A stretch of DNA of 43,600 nt from Candidatus Peribacteria bacterium RIFCSPHIGHO2_02_FULL_53_20 (lineage in GTDB: Bacteria > Patescibacteriota > Gracilibacteria > Peribacterales > Peribacteraceae): positions 1-43,600 of the forward strand of contig MFXW01000005.1 in NCBI GenBank assembly GCA_001787585.1, written 5' to 3'. The position numbers and the translations under genes were made by a program. The notes under the pieces were generated by a model. The model made no database searches, was not told the origin of the DNA, and worked only from the letters and a program-made list of their open reading frames with translations. The stretch's first letter is position 1. Every line of letters begins with the position of its first letter. Positions 18,680 through 26,579 of this stretch are shown here, one piece after another.

Positions 18680-18765
18680 AAAAGAAGTGATTTAATCATT
18701 TCCTGATAAGCTCCCATAGGGCGCACCAATCTTTATAATCGGATAGTCTATACTACTTTTAAAAT

Positions 18766-20115
18766 ATGACAGCCTTCCTAACACCACGACTCGAACAAGC
18801 AATGGAACTCGCAATACGGGTCCATGGACCTATGAAGCGGAAGGGTGATGATCAGCCTTATCTAGTCCATCCAATGAGCGTTTTGGCCTTGCTTGTCCAA
18901 TGGGGTTCAGATGAGGACACCTGCATCGCAGGGCTCCTCCATGATGTGATCGAGGATGCCGAAGATGATTCCAAGCGAGCGAAATACCGGAAAGAGATCG
19001 AAGAGAAATTCGGCAGGGAGGTACTGGAAATCGTGGAGGGCGTGACCGAGCAGGATAAATCATTGCCGTGGAAGGAGCGGAAAATGCTCTATTTGAAGCA
19101 TCTGAAAGAAGCATCCGAAGCATCACTGCTCGTGAGCTGCGCGGATCGGACACATAACATGTCGTCCCTGGTCGAGAGCTACAGGAATGAAGGGGAAGAA
19201 GTGTGGAAGCGATTCAATGCCGGAAAGGAGCAGCAAATTTGGTTTGTCAGGAGTGTCTTTGAGATCCTTCATAAGCGACTTGGGTCGCCCTACACAGAGG
19301 ATCTGGAGCAAACAATGATGAAGCTGGAGAATGTTTCTGCGGAGTCGTCTGTCGCGGTTGGAGATGATGCTCAACAAAAATTGGTGAAGTTCACCGCTAA
19401 AGAATTTCTGAAGATTGCGGAGATTGCTAAGTCGTTCGTTGAGAAGGGAACAGCCGACAATCCTCCCAAGTTCGTCATTATGACGGGTGGCCCCGGTGCA
19501 GGGAAATCAACGATACGCAAGCGGGACTACAGTCAGGGGTATGTGCATTTTGATCCCGGCGACATCTTTGCAGAGATGAGAAAAATTAAGGACGAAAGCA
19601 ATGTGAAATTTAACGCCTCTATTTCGTTTACCTGCGAATTACTTTTGAGACAAGCGATAGAGGAAAGGAAGAACATCGTCACGGAGGTCATCGGAGATAC
19701 GTACGAACCCCTCAAGTCTATTATGGATAAAATGCTTGAGATTGGTTATACGATTGATGTCCGGGCCGTTACAGCCGATGTTGCAGAATCATATCAACGG
19801 CATCTCAAGGCAGTAAAAGAAGATCCTGGCTATCTTTCAGCAGCCTTAACACAAGGCACCACTCTATCTACTTTTTCACATGTTCTCGAAATAGAAGTTA
19901 CGGGTAAAAAGGATAGAACCTTTCAAAAAACAACACCGGAGAAATATCTTGAATCCTACAATACAGCCGTAGAAGCTGCTCGCGGGAAAATCAGAACTGG
20001 TAAAGACGATCTGGAGAAGCAAAAAACTTGTCCTCATGACTTTGATAGTCTAATCGGAGATCTACTCCATGGCCCGTGTGTTTGTAGCGATTGCGGAAAG
20101 GCAATTGCCAACTGA
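18766..20115 (+). CDS. Fusion: SpoT/Mesh1-type HD (small-alarmone-hydrolase-like) domain + zeta-toxin/AAA_33-like P-loop kinase + C-terminal Zn ribbon
   Basis: HD domain: YLVHPMSVLALL...IAGLLHDVIEDAEDD...VSCADRTHNM. P-loop: FVIMTGGPGAGKSTIRKRDY... with a kinase-like core. C-terminus CPHDFDSLIGDLLHGPCVCSDCG. Confidence 0.8.
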   Translation: MTAFLTPRLEQAMELAIRVHGPMKRKGDDQPYLVHPMSVLALLVQWGSDEDTCIAGLLHDVIEDAEDDSKRAKYRKEIEEKFGREVLEIVEGVTEQDKSLPWKERKMLYLKHLKEASEASLLVSCADRTHNMSSLVESYRNEGEEVWKRFNAGKEQQIWFVRSVFEILHKRLGSPYTEDLEQTMMKLENVSAESSVAVGDDAQQKLVKFTAKEFLKIAEIAKSFVEKGTADNPPKFVIMTGGPGAGKSTIRKRDYSQGYVHFDPGDIFAEMRKIKDESNVKFNASISFTCELLLRQAIEERKNIVTEVIGDTYEPLKSIMDKMLEIGYTIDVRAVTADVAESYQRHLKAVKEDPGYLSAALTQGTTLSTFSHVLEIEVTGKKDRTFQKTTPEKYLESYNTAVEAARGKIRTGKDDLEKQKTCPHDFDSLIGDLLHGPCVCSDCGKAIAN

Positions 20116-20212
20116 CGATACGGATGATCTTTCTGGCTACCTTACTTTCAAGAACAACGCGCGTAAAAACCTTTGAAGTCAGCCAAGGAAACATCGTCTG
20201 CCGAAAGGGATC

Positions 20213-20842
20213 TTATTTCGTTACCAGATGTTCTGCTACAAATTTGGCATACCAAGAGAATACTGGTTGCAGCAACGGAAGCAATTTTACAGCTATAAAG
20301 AGAAGTGCCAAAAGAGCACAAAGGGAAGCAAAACGCCGAAAAGCCTCTTTGCTTACTTTCATAAAGAACAAATTGATACGCGTGGGCGGAGCGGCAATTT
20401 CCTCATACCATTTTCTTGTATCGCCCCAAAGCAAGATCAAGAACCATTTACAGATAAAGTATGTCATCCAATTGCGGAGGTAGACGTGGATGTCGCGCCT
20501 TGCCCGGACCATGCTATCGGATCGGCGAACGAGGCCATAGTCTTCAAGTATCAGATCAATATTTTTCCTTGGGAATGTCCTTTCATGAATAGTGCCTGCA
20601 AAGCCAATTGGTGATGCAAATTCGTAGGCTCTATCAGATGAATCAAGTGGCTTCGATGACAGCCATATCTGAATGTATCTATCAGCCAGCCACATTTTCC
20701 AGCCAGTCCCTCGTGCTGGTCTGTTATTCCGTAGCAATACCCATACATGAAACGGGGCAATAAAAAGAACAAACACGGCTACGATCGCAATCCATGCAAG
20801 ATTGTCCAGAGCGATGCGAAATAAATAGGCAATGAGTTCCAT
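20213..20842 (-). CDS. Multi-pass membrane protein (2-3 predicted TM helices), unknown family
   Basis: From ATG 20842: MELIAYLFRIALDNLAWIAIVAVFVLFIAPFHVWVLL..., WMTYFICKWFLILLWG, FASLCALLALLFIAVKLLPLL. Starts 24 nt after the DUF4062 gene stop on the same strand. The track start at 20860 is TTG. Confidence 0.6.
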   Translation of the reverse strand: MELIAYLFRIALDNLAWIAIVAVFVLFIAPFHVWVLLRNNRPARGTGWKMWLADRYIQIWLSSKPLDSSDRAYEFASPIGFAGTIHERTFPRKNIDLILEDYGLVRRSDSMVRARRDIHVYLRNWMTYFICKWFLILLWGDTRKWYEEIAAPPTRINLFFMKVSKEAFRRFASLCALLALLFIAVKLLPLLQPVFSWYAKFVAEHLVTK

Positions 20843-20866
20843 GTAATGAGAATTATACAAGATTGG

Positions 20867-22009
20867 TTATACAACATCTTTATTAACCTGACGCCTTAGC
20901 ATTGCCAATACCCTCTGTATTTCACTGCTAGGGTTATCGAAATCAGCGTAATCAATGTGTCGAGGCTGATCAAAAGCAACGACCATATCACTGCCGCCCA
21001 TGTTCATTGGATATGATTGCTTTTTTTCAGAGCTCCTGCCCATGCGCTTATAACCGATACCTGCAAGTGCCACTGCATAGTAGAAGTCATGATATTTTCT
21101 GTGAGGATCACGTTGCTTATAGAATTCCGCCGCGAAACTGAATACAGATAGCAGAGTTTTCTCTATCATTTGTTCATCGATCTCGAAGGCACTCTGAATA
21201 TTTAGAGGGTTTTTGTTTTGCTCAACGACATTCGTTATCACTTGAAGTACACCTTTTTCACTAACAATCAGCGTGATGAAATTTCCAGATCGATGATCGT
21301 TACGTTGGTACACAATGATATGACCGTTCTCAAAAGAAACCTCTGTACTTCTATCGTACGGAAAAAGTTTAATGCGGCGATTGTGCACCAGATCAATCAA
21401 CGAGTCCTTGAAGTCACTATCTTCCATAGTGACCGGATCAATTACCTCGTTATCCCGTACTGGGGCGATGACAACGTTTAGTCTGGTTTCATCGCTTCGT
21501 TGCCGAAACTCCTGTACTGCAGCCTGTATTTTGCTCGTATTAGTTGTGGGAATACTCATGACTTTAAGGCTCTGGGAAAGGGAATCCACTATAACACTGC
21601 GAAGTTCTTCCTTACTGGAAAATGTTTTTCGAAACTTTCCTTCTACGTAACTGCTGACGTTCTTTGCCAATGATGCAGCAGGTTCGTCACGCTCTGTTCC
21701 TTCTAGGAATGCAAAAACGGGTATTTTTCTCCTACGTGCTTCCTCATACTCTTCTTCAATAACCAGCTTCCCCGATGGGGTTACTGATCCTCCTGATGAT
21801 CCCAAAATAAGAATGAAGGCATCCGAAGATGCTACCGCATCCAAACAGGTATTTCTCGGTGATGCATCAAGCGCGGGGAAATCTTCATTAACAAGAATGG
21901 GGTCGCCACCAGCTTCTTCCACGGCAGTCCTAGCAATCTCTCGGTAAATCTGAAAATTATTCAGCACAGAGCTGATGAAAACCCGTGGCTTCTGGTGTCC
22001 ATCAACCAT
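20867..22009 (-). CDS. DUF4062 (TIR/NDT-like fold) N-terminal domain protein with ~250-aa unknown C-terminal region
   Basis: From ATG 22009: MVDGHQKPRVFISSVLNNFQIYREIARTAVEEAGGDPILVNEDFPALDASPRNTCLDAVASSDAFILILGSSGG...EEEYEEARRRKIPVFAFL matches the recalled DUF4062 consensus (vFiSS...R...mE.f.a....cl..i..cD.fi.i.g..YG...E...A...gkP.l.Fl). The track start at 22075 is TTG. Confidence 0.75.
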   Translation of the reverse strand: MVDGHQKPRVFISSVLNNFQIYREIARTAVEEAGGDPILVNEDFPALDASPRNTCLDAVASSDAFILILGSSGGSVTPSGKLVIEEEYEEARRRKIPVFAFLEGTERDEPAASLAKNVSSYVEGKFRKTFSSKEELRSVIVDSLSQSLKVMSIPTTNTSKIQAAVQEFRQRSDETRLNVVIAPVRDNEVIDPVTMEDSDFKDSLIDLVHNRRIKLFPYDRSTEVSFENGHIIVYQRNDHRSGNFITLIVSEKGVLQVITNVVEQNKNPLNIQSAFEIDEQMIEKTLLSVFSFAAEFYKQRDPHRKYHDFYYAVALAGIGYKRMGRSSEKKQSYPMNMGGSDMVVAFDQPRHIDYADFDNPSSEIQRVLAMLRRQVNKDVV

Positions 22010-22148
22010 GGAATTGAATGTTGGGACTGCCACATTTATGGCAGCGAACACGCTGAGGCTGTTGACCCCTTGCAACGATCACATGGGTGGGTTCAACATC
22101 TGCCTCATACTCATGTCCGCAATCCTGGCATTGATATATCTTTCTCAT
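22002..22148 (-). CDS. Small Zn-ribbon protein (48 aa, FmdB-like CxxC...CxxC); not in the ORF track
   Basis: Hand translation: MRKIYQCQDCGHEYEADVEPTHVIVARGQQPQRVRCHKCGSPNIQFHG*. Its stop (22004-22002) overlaps the ATG (22009-22007) of the DUF4062 gene within ATGGTTGA. Confidence 0.55.
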   Translation of the reverse strand: MRKIYQCQDCGHEYEADVEPTHVIVARGQQPQRVRCHKCGSPNIQFHG

Positions 22149-22178
22149 CGCAGAAACGGAAAAATGTAGTGAATGCCT

Positions 22179-22208
22179 AATATAGGGTAATTAGCACTCG
22201 TTGGTCAA
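22179..22208 (-). promoter_or_regulatory. Candidate promoter for the Zn-ribbon/DUF4062/TM operon (TTGACC-18 nt-TATATT on the minus strand)
   Basis: Plus-strand ggtcaa at 22203-22208 and aatata at 22179-22184. The -35 sits in the loop of a 6-bp inverted repeat GCACTC...GAGTGC (22194-22214). Confidence 0.3.
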
Positions 22209-22319
22209 GAGTGCCATCTTCTATAATCGATGTGTTGTGTTCCATAAAAACCAATCGGGTCGCACCACACCGGTGCAACTGATGGTCAAGATTGCGGGTC
22301 GCTTAAGACGCGCAAGTAG

Positions 22320-22396
22320 TGGTGGAGCTGAAGGGAGTCGAACCCTTGACCCCCTGCTTGCAAAGCAGGTGCTCTGACCAACTGAGCTACAGCCCC
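22320..22396 (-). tRNA. tRNA-Ala(UGC): tRNA-Ala, anticodon UGC, encoded CCA
   Basis: Reverse complement GGGGCTGTAGCTCAGTTGGTCAGAGCACCTGCTTTGCAAGCAGGGGGTCAAGGGTTCGACTCCCTTCAGCTCCACCA. Clean cloverleaf, G3.U70 Ala identity pair, anticodon loop TTTGCAA. Confidence 0.95.
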
Positions 22397-22438
22397 ACGA
22401 AAGAAATTCTACAAGTGATCTGCTTCCTGCTACAAGCA

Positions 22439-23599
22439 TCACGTAACAACTTCCTCCAGCCTCCCCTCTCCCACCGCAGCTTTAATCTCCATCCCGATCC
22501 TCTCTCCTACACTCATAGCTTCGCCGTAGAGATACCGCGTATAGGGAGTGGCAAACGTCCCAGGAGAACCCGGAATCCGAAACGATACATCAAAGATCAC
22601 GATATCCTCCTTTCCATCTTCCGTAACAACGGCTCCCTGCAGCGCAAACGGCCCGATGATGCCTTTGCCTGTGGGATCGAATTTCTTCGGAAGTTTTTTG
22701 CACTGAGCGACAAATTTTTCGCCGAGCTCGAACGCTTTTTCGAGAAGGGATTCTTTCACCGTGACCGCGATGTGCCCGGTCTCCACCATCTTCACGGAGG
22801 TGAATTGCTTCGCCCAAATCTGATCTTCGGCAGTCATCCGGAGAAATCCGTCGAGATTGGTCTGCCGGCGGGTATCTGTCCCGAGCAATTCCAGTTCCCC
22901 AGTGAGCGGCGAATAGAAGAAGTTGAAATTCACAGGAGCGCCGACGACAAATTCCTCGATCGTCGCATCGTCCATGGCATCAGAAGAGATCATTCCGGAA
23001 GCGATGTGGGCAGAGACGCGCTCGTCAAAATCCGTTGCGGTAGCCATGAAAAACCCGCGCTCGTAACGGCGCTGTGCCTCGCGCGCCTTCACAATCACCA
23101 TCCGACCGAGATCGATATCCTTTGCGCCCTTATATAGTTTGGGAGTGCGTATGCCGGCATCCCGCAAAAGATGATACTGATTGTACGGCTGATCGCGTTC
23201 CTCGAGCATCATCAGATGCCGCGAACCGAAGATCGGAACCCTAAACTCCTCTTCCACTTTCTTGTAGTCCGGGAAATACACCCAGAAGTACCTATTATGA
23301 ACAAAAATTGTGTTCATCTTTTGGAGCTTCTCTTGAATCTTTTGCTGCAATACATCTTCGAATTTATCCACAACGATCGTGTCATCGATGCAACCTGTTT
23401 GCGCCCTTGCGCCCTTGCGCCCTTTCTTCACCTGAAAATACTTCTCATACGTCTTCTCCCTCCCCTTCCGTGCTATGCACACCGTCCCAAATCCATATTT
23501 CTTCGCTCCGTGGGCGACATCGAGCGCGCTGTGACCGCCGAGCACACCGACCGTCAGGTGTTTTTGATCGTAGCCTGCAAGGAGAGAGGATATGTCCAT
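22439..23599 (-). CDS. PurP-like ATP-grasp protein (divergent paralogue of FAICAR synthetase)
   Basis: VGVLGGHSALDVAHGAKKYGF..., FFYSPLTGELELLGTDTRRQTNLDG, IIGPFALQ..., SVGERIGMEIK parallel the PurP pattern of the neighbouring gene. ATG at 23599; the track start at 23635 is GTG. Confidence 0.8.
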   Translation of the reverse strand: MDISSLLAGYDQKHLTVGVLGGHSALDVAHGAKKYGFGTVCIARKGREKTYEKYFQVKKGRKGARAQTGCIDDTIVVDKFEDVLQQKIQEKLQKMNTIFVHNRYFWVYFPDYKKVEEEFRVPIFGSRHLMMLEERDQPYNQYHLLRDAGIRTPKLYKGAKDIDLGRMVIVKAREAQRRYERGFFMATATDFDERVSAHIASGMISSDAMDDATIEEFVVGAPVNFNFFYSPLTGELELLGTDTRRQTNLDGFLRMTAEDQIWAKQFTSVKMVETGHIAVTVKESLLEKAFELGEKFVAQCKKLPKKFDPTGKGIIGPFALQGAVVTEDGKEDIVIFDVSFRIPGSPGTFATPYTRYLYGEAMSVGERIGMEIKAAVGEGRLEEVVT

Positions 23600-23618
23600 G
23601 ATTTTTAGTGTAACTCTT

Positions 23619-24671
23619 TTACCCCAATACCTCACGTAATCTCCCCTGCTTAATCGCCGTTTTAATATCGCGAGCGATGCGCCGACCTGTACTCATAGGC
23701 TCTTTATACCGAAGCGCCGTATACGGTGATCCTTCCACGAAGGGATTGGTGCCAGCAACGATCCTTGCGCTGATTTCAAAGACGAAGATCTCGAGTTTCC
23801 GCGTGACGATGCACTCAAGACAGAACGGGCCGAAGAGACCTTTTCCCCCGCACATCTTCTTGCTTGTTTTCACCACTCTATCCCCCATTGCGAAGAATTC
23901 CGGAAGCATCGACTCGCGGATGACGACCGGGATATTACCGACAATCGTGTAGCTTGTGTAAATATTGGCCGAGAGCTGATCTTCCGCCCGGATACGACCG
24001 ATACTGTCGGCATTGGATTCATAACGCTTGTCGAAACTCATGATCTCCAATTCTTGCGTGAGTGGTGAGAAGAAGTAATGCGCGTAAATCGGCACGCCGA
24101 CGATGTACTCCTGGAGCGCGAAATCATTCTGCTCGGGATACTTGCGGTTCTTCACTTCGTAAAACTGCTCCGCACTTTTGGCGATGAAGTACCCGAATCC
24201 CCCACCCGCTCCGTGGAATTTCACAATCACGGGCTTCTTGATCTCCTCGGGAGTCGCAAAGACCCTAGGCATTTTGATATCAGCCGCCTCGAGCCATTGT
24301 CGCTCCATCGTGCGGTTGCTCTCCCACTCGAGAATCTCCTTCGTGCCGAAGTACATCGCTTTCATCGCTTTCACACGATCATGACCCATGTACGCAATGA
24401 AGGAACCATGCGGAATGATGATCGCATTACGTTTGACGAGTTCCTTCTCCACCTTCTCCCATTCGGACCAGTCATCCACATAGAGGATTTCATCAGCGAC
24501 TCCGTAACTCTTATATGCCCTCTCTGCTCCTTTCTTGCAGACGACAACATTACGCATACCCTCTTGCCGCGCTCCATGCAGAATCTGCAGCGCGGAGTGA
24601 CTGCCCATCGTGGCAATGACGTAGTCACTGGGATTTTTTGAAGCCGGTAGGGATGCTTTCTTCGAAACCAT
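23619..24671 (-). CDS. purP: Archaeal-type 5-formaminoimidazole-4-carboxamide ribonucleotide (FAICAR) synthetase PurP
   Basis: IATMGSHSALQILHGAR, IIPHGSFIAY, FDKRYESNADS, VGNIPVVIRESMLPEFFAMGDRVV, GPFCLE, STGRRIARDIK closely track my recollection of Methanocaldococcus PurP (MJ0136). Confidence 0.88.
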   Translation of the reverse strand: MVSKKASLPASKNPSDYVIATMGSHSALQILHGARQEGMRNVVVCKKGAERAYKSYGVADEILYVDDWSEWEKVEKELVKRNAIIIPHGSFIAYMGHDRVKAMKAMYFGTKEILEWESNRTMERQWLEAADIKMPRVFATPEEIKKPVIVKFHGAGGGFGYFIAKSAEQFYEVKNRKYPEQNDFALQEYIVGVPIYAHYFFSPLTQELEIMSFDKRYESNADSIGRIRAEDQLSANIYTSYTIVGNIPVVIRESMLPEFFAMGDRVVKTSKKMCGGKGLFGPFCLECIVTRKLEIFVFEISARIVAGTNPFVEGSPYTALRYKEPMSTGRRIARDIKTAIKQGRLREVLG

Positions 24672-24759
24672 AGATATTTTGAAGAGAGTAGCAGAAAAGA
24701 GGGTGAAGATTCAAGAACCCCCCTCACCTGCTCCTCACTCCTTCATCCCCCTCACCCAA

Positions 24760-24780
24760 CCCTCTCCCACGAGGAGAGGG
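24760..24780. repeat. CCCTCTCC-N5-GGAGAGGG hairpin (member of the CCCTCTCC(C)/(G)GGAGAGGG hairpin family)
   Basis: 8-bp perfect stem read directly, followed by CTATTTT. Lies in the purP / Trx-DsbD intergenic region. Confidence 0.85.
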
Positions 24781-25187
24781 CTATTTTAGATTGGATGCCT
24801 CTGAAATTGATCTTGATCTCTTGCTTCATTTTGAGAAAAAAGTCATCGGTCGCGTCCGGGAAAGTGCCGTCATGCATCCCGAGAGCAGTGCGTAGGAAAT
24901 GCACTGTTTGAGTGACGAGCCGCAGCGAGGAGCGAGTTTGCATTTCCAGCACTGCGAGCGGTGATGCATAGGCACTTTCCCGATAGCGACTACGTGTTTC
25001 TTTCTGCCATTTCTTTGCACGAGCAAAGAAATGGCAAACCAATAAGAGGCAACCGATGTCATTCTCGGGAAGCAGCGCGCAGGAAGAATCCTGCGCTGGG
25101 AAAATGGTATGAGCGTACAAACCCTCCAACCCTTGCCATCGGGGGAACTCCAACCGCATGCTTTCTATGTTATAATAAAAGGAACAT

Positions 25188-26438
25188 ATGAAACGCCTCG
25201 CCATCTTCTGGCTCCTCGCTCTCGTTCCCGTTGCGATCCTCGGAACGCTCTATCCCGAGCGCCTCAGCAAGGCGCCTGCTCTGGAAACGCGTTACGCTTC
25301 TGTCACCGGAGCGGATGTCGTCGTTTTTGTCCGTGACGGTTGTCCGCACTGCGCGGATTTCGAGGCATTCGCCGAGAAGGAAGGCTGGTCCGTGGAATAC
25401 CGGGAAATCACGGAAATCGGTACACCGGAATTGTTTGCAAGACTCCAGGATCACGCGCCGGCGCTCCAGCAGGGAGTTCCCACGATCATCGTGGACGGAA
25501 AAATTCTCCAGGGATACGACACGGACGAAACAACAGGAATCCGTTTGAAGGAAATCTATGACACGTGTCGGACTTCCTCCGAAGGTTGTCTCCCCTTCCG
25601 TGATTTCCTTGAAAGCAACGTAAGCGACGTGGAGGTCTTGAGTGCGGCAGGCGGAACCTGCACAGACAAATGTGAAACAGATCAGAGCAAGTACACCTTG
25701 AACCTGTGGTTCATCGGACCGGTCGACCTCTCGATCATGTCGCTCCCTGCTCTTTCCATCCTCCTCGGATTTCTCGACGGGTTCAATCCTTGTGCTATGT
25801 GGGTGCTGATCACGCTGCTTACGCTGCTCATCAATACCCACGACATGAAGAAGGTGTGGGTCATCGGCGGCACGTTCCTCTTCGTGAGTGGTGCGGTCTA
25901 TTACCTCTTTATTGCGGCGTGGCTGAATGTGTTCCTGCTGATTGGCTACAACATGTGGGTCCAGAAAGTCATCGGTCTCGTGGCGATTGCTGGAGGCGGT
26001 TTTTATCTGTACGAAGCCTTCGGCAAAGACCCGAACCAGTGCAACATCAGTAATCTCAGCAGGCGCCAAAAGACCATCGCAAGAATGCGAGAGATCATGA
26101 ATTACTCCGCCTGGCCAGCAATGATTCTCGGTGTTGCCGTTCTCGCGGTCTCGGTCAATATGATTGAACTTGTCTGCACAGCCGGTCTCCCCGCGATCTT
26201 CACACAGATCCTTGCCTTTAATAACGTCACCGATCTCGCGCGCTACGGCTACATCGGTCTCTACATCCTGCTCTACATGATCGATGATTTCGTGATCTTC
26301 GCGATCGCCGTCTTCACGCTGCAAGCGACGGGTCTCACGACGAAGTATCGGAGGTTTACGCTGATCTTCGGGGGAGTGTTAATGTATATACTCGGAATAT
26401 TATTGATTTTCTATCCTGAGGCACTGACGTTTTCTTAA
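25188..26438 (+). CDS. Glutaredoxin/thioredoxin-like domain (CPHC) fused to a DsbD/CcdA-like polytopic membrane domain
   Basis: Signal/TM segment, then VVFVRDGCPHCADFEAF. Membrane core has Cys in TM segments (GFLDGFNPCAMWVL; IELVCTAGLPAIF), the paired-Cys arrangement of DsbD-family electron transporters. Confidence 0.7.
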   Translation: MKRLAIFWLLALVPVAILGTLYPERLSKAPALETRYASVTGADVVVFVRDGCPHCADFEAFAEKEGWSVEYREITEIGTPELFARLQDHAPALQQGVPTIIVDGKILQGYDTDETTGIRLKEIYDTCRTSSEGCLPFRDFLESNVSDVEVLSAAGGTCTDKCETDQSKYTLNLWFIGPVDLSIMSLPALSILLGFLDGFNPCAMWVLITLLTLLINTHDMKKVWVIGGTFLFVSGAVYYLFIAAWLNVFLLIGYNMWVQKVIGLVAIAGGGFYLYEAFGKDPNQCNISNLSRRQKTIARMREIMNYSAWPAMILGVAVLAVSVNMIELVCTAGLPAIFTQILAFNNVTDLARYGYIGLYILLYMIDDFVIFAIAVFTLQATGLTTKYRRFTLIFGGVLMYILGILLIFYPEALTFS

Positions 26439-26579
26439 GAAAGAAACAATAGATCTGGGGCTCTTAAATGGCCATCCTTCGCTTTTGCTGGCCTGCCAAC
26501 CGTAGCCGCAGCGACTTTGCTGCTCAAGAAAATGGCACCAGCAAAAGGCTACGGATGGCAACCTTCGCTGCGCGAAGGT

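Noticed and set aside
20091-20614. Plus-strand ORFs 20091-20483 and 20228-20614 opposite the membrane-protein gene
   Set aside because: Lys/Arg-rich translations with no motif. The minus-strand frame gives clear hydrophobic helices and sits in an operon with the DUF4062 gene.
22319-23137. 272-aa plus-strand ORF spanning tRNA-Ala and the PurP paralogue
   Set aside because: It begins inside the tRNA gene and runs antisense to a motif-supported ATP-grasp ORF, so it is a shadow ORF.
24752-25204. 150-aa minus-strand ORF in the purP / Trx-DsbD intergenic region (considered as a four-helix-bundle '23S rRNA IVS'-type protein)
   Set aside because: There is only a vague resemblance (LPENDIG..., ...LAVLEMQT), with the wrong spacing relative to the family consensus as I recall it. 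Its C-terminus is a translated CCCTCTCC hairpin, and it overlaps the start of the divergent gene at 25188. It could be a decayed pseudogene, but this is not supportable.
25170-26324. 384-aa minus-strand ORF antisense to the Trx/DsbD-like gene
   Set aside because: Its translation is Arg/Asp/His/Glu-rich and lacks any motif. The plus-strand frame gives a coherent signal peptide, a CPHC domain and TM helices. It is a typical GC-rich shadow ORF.
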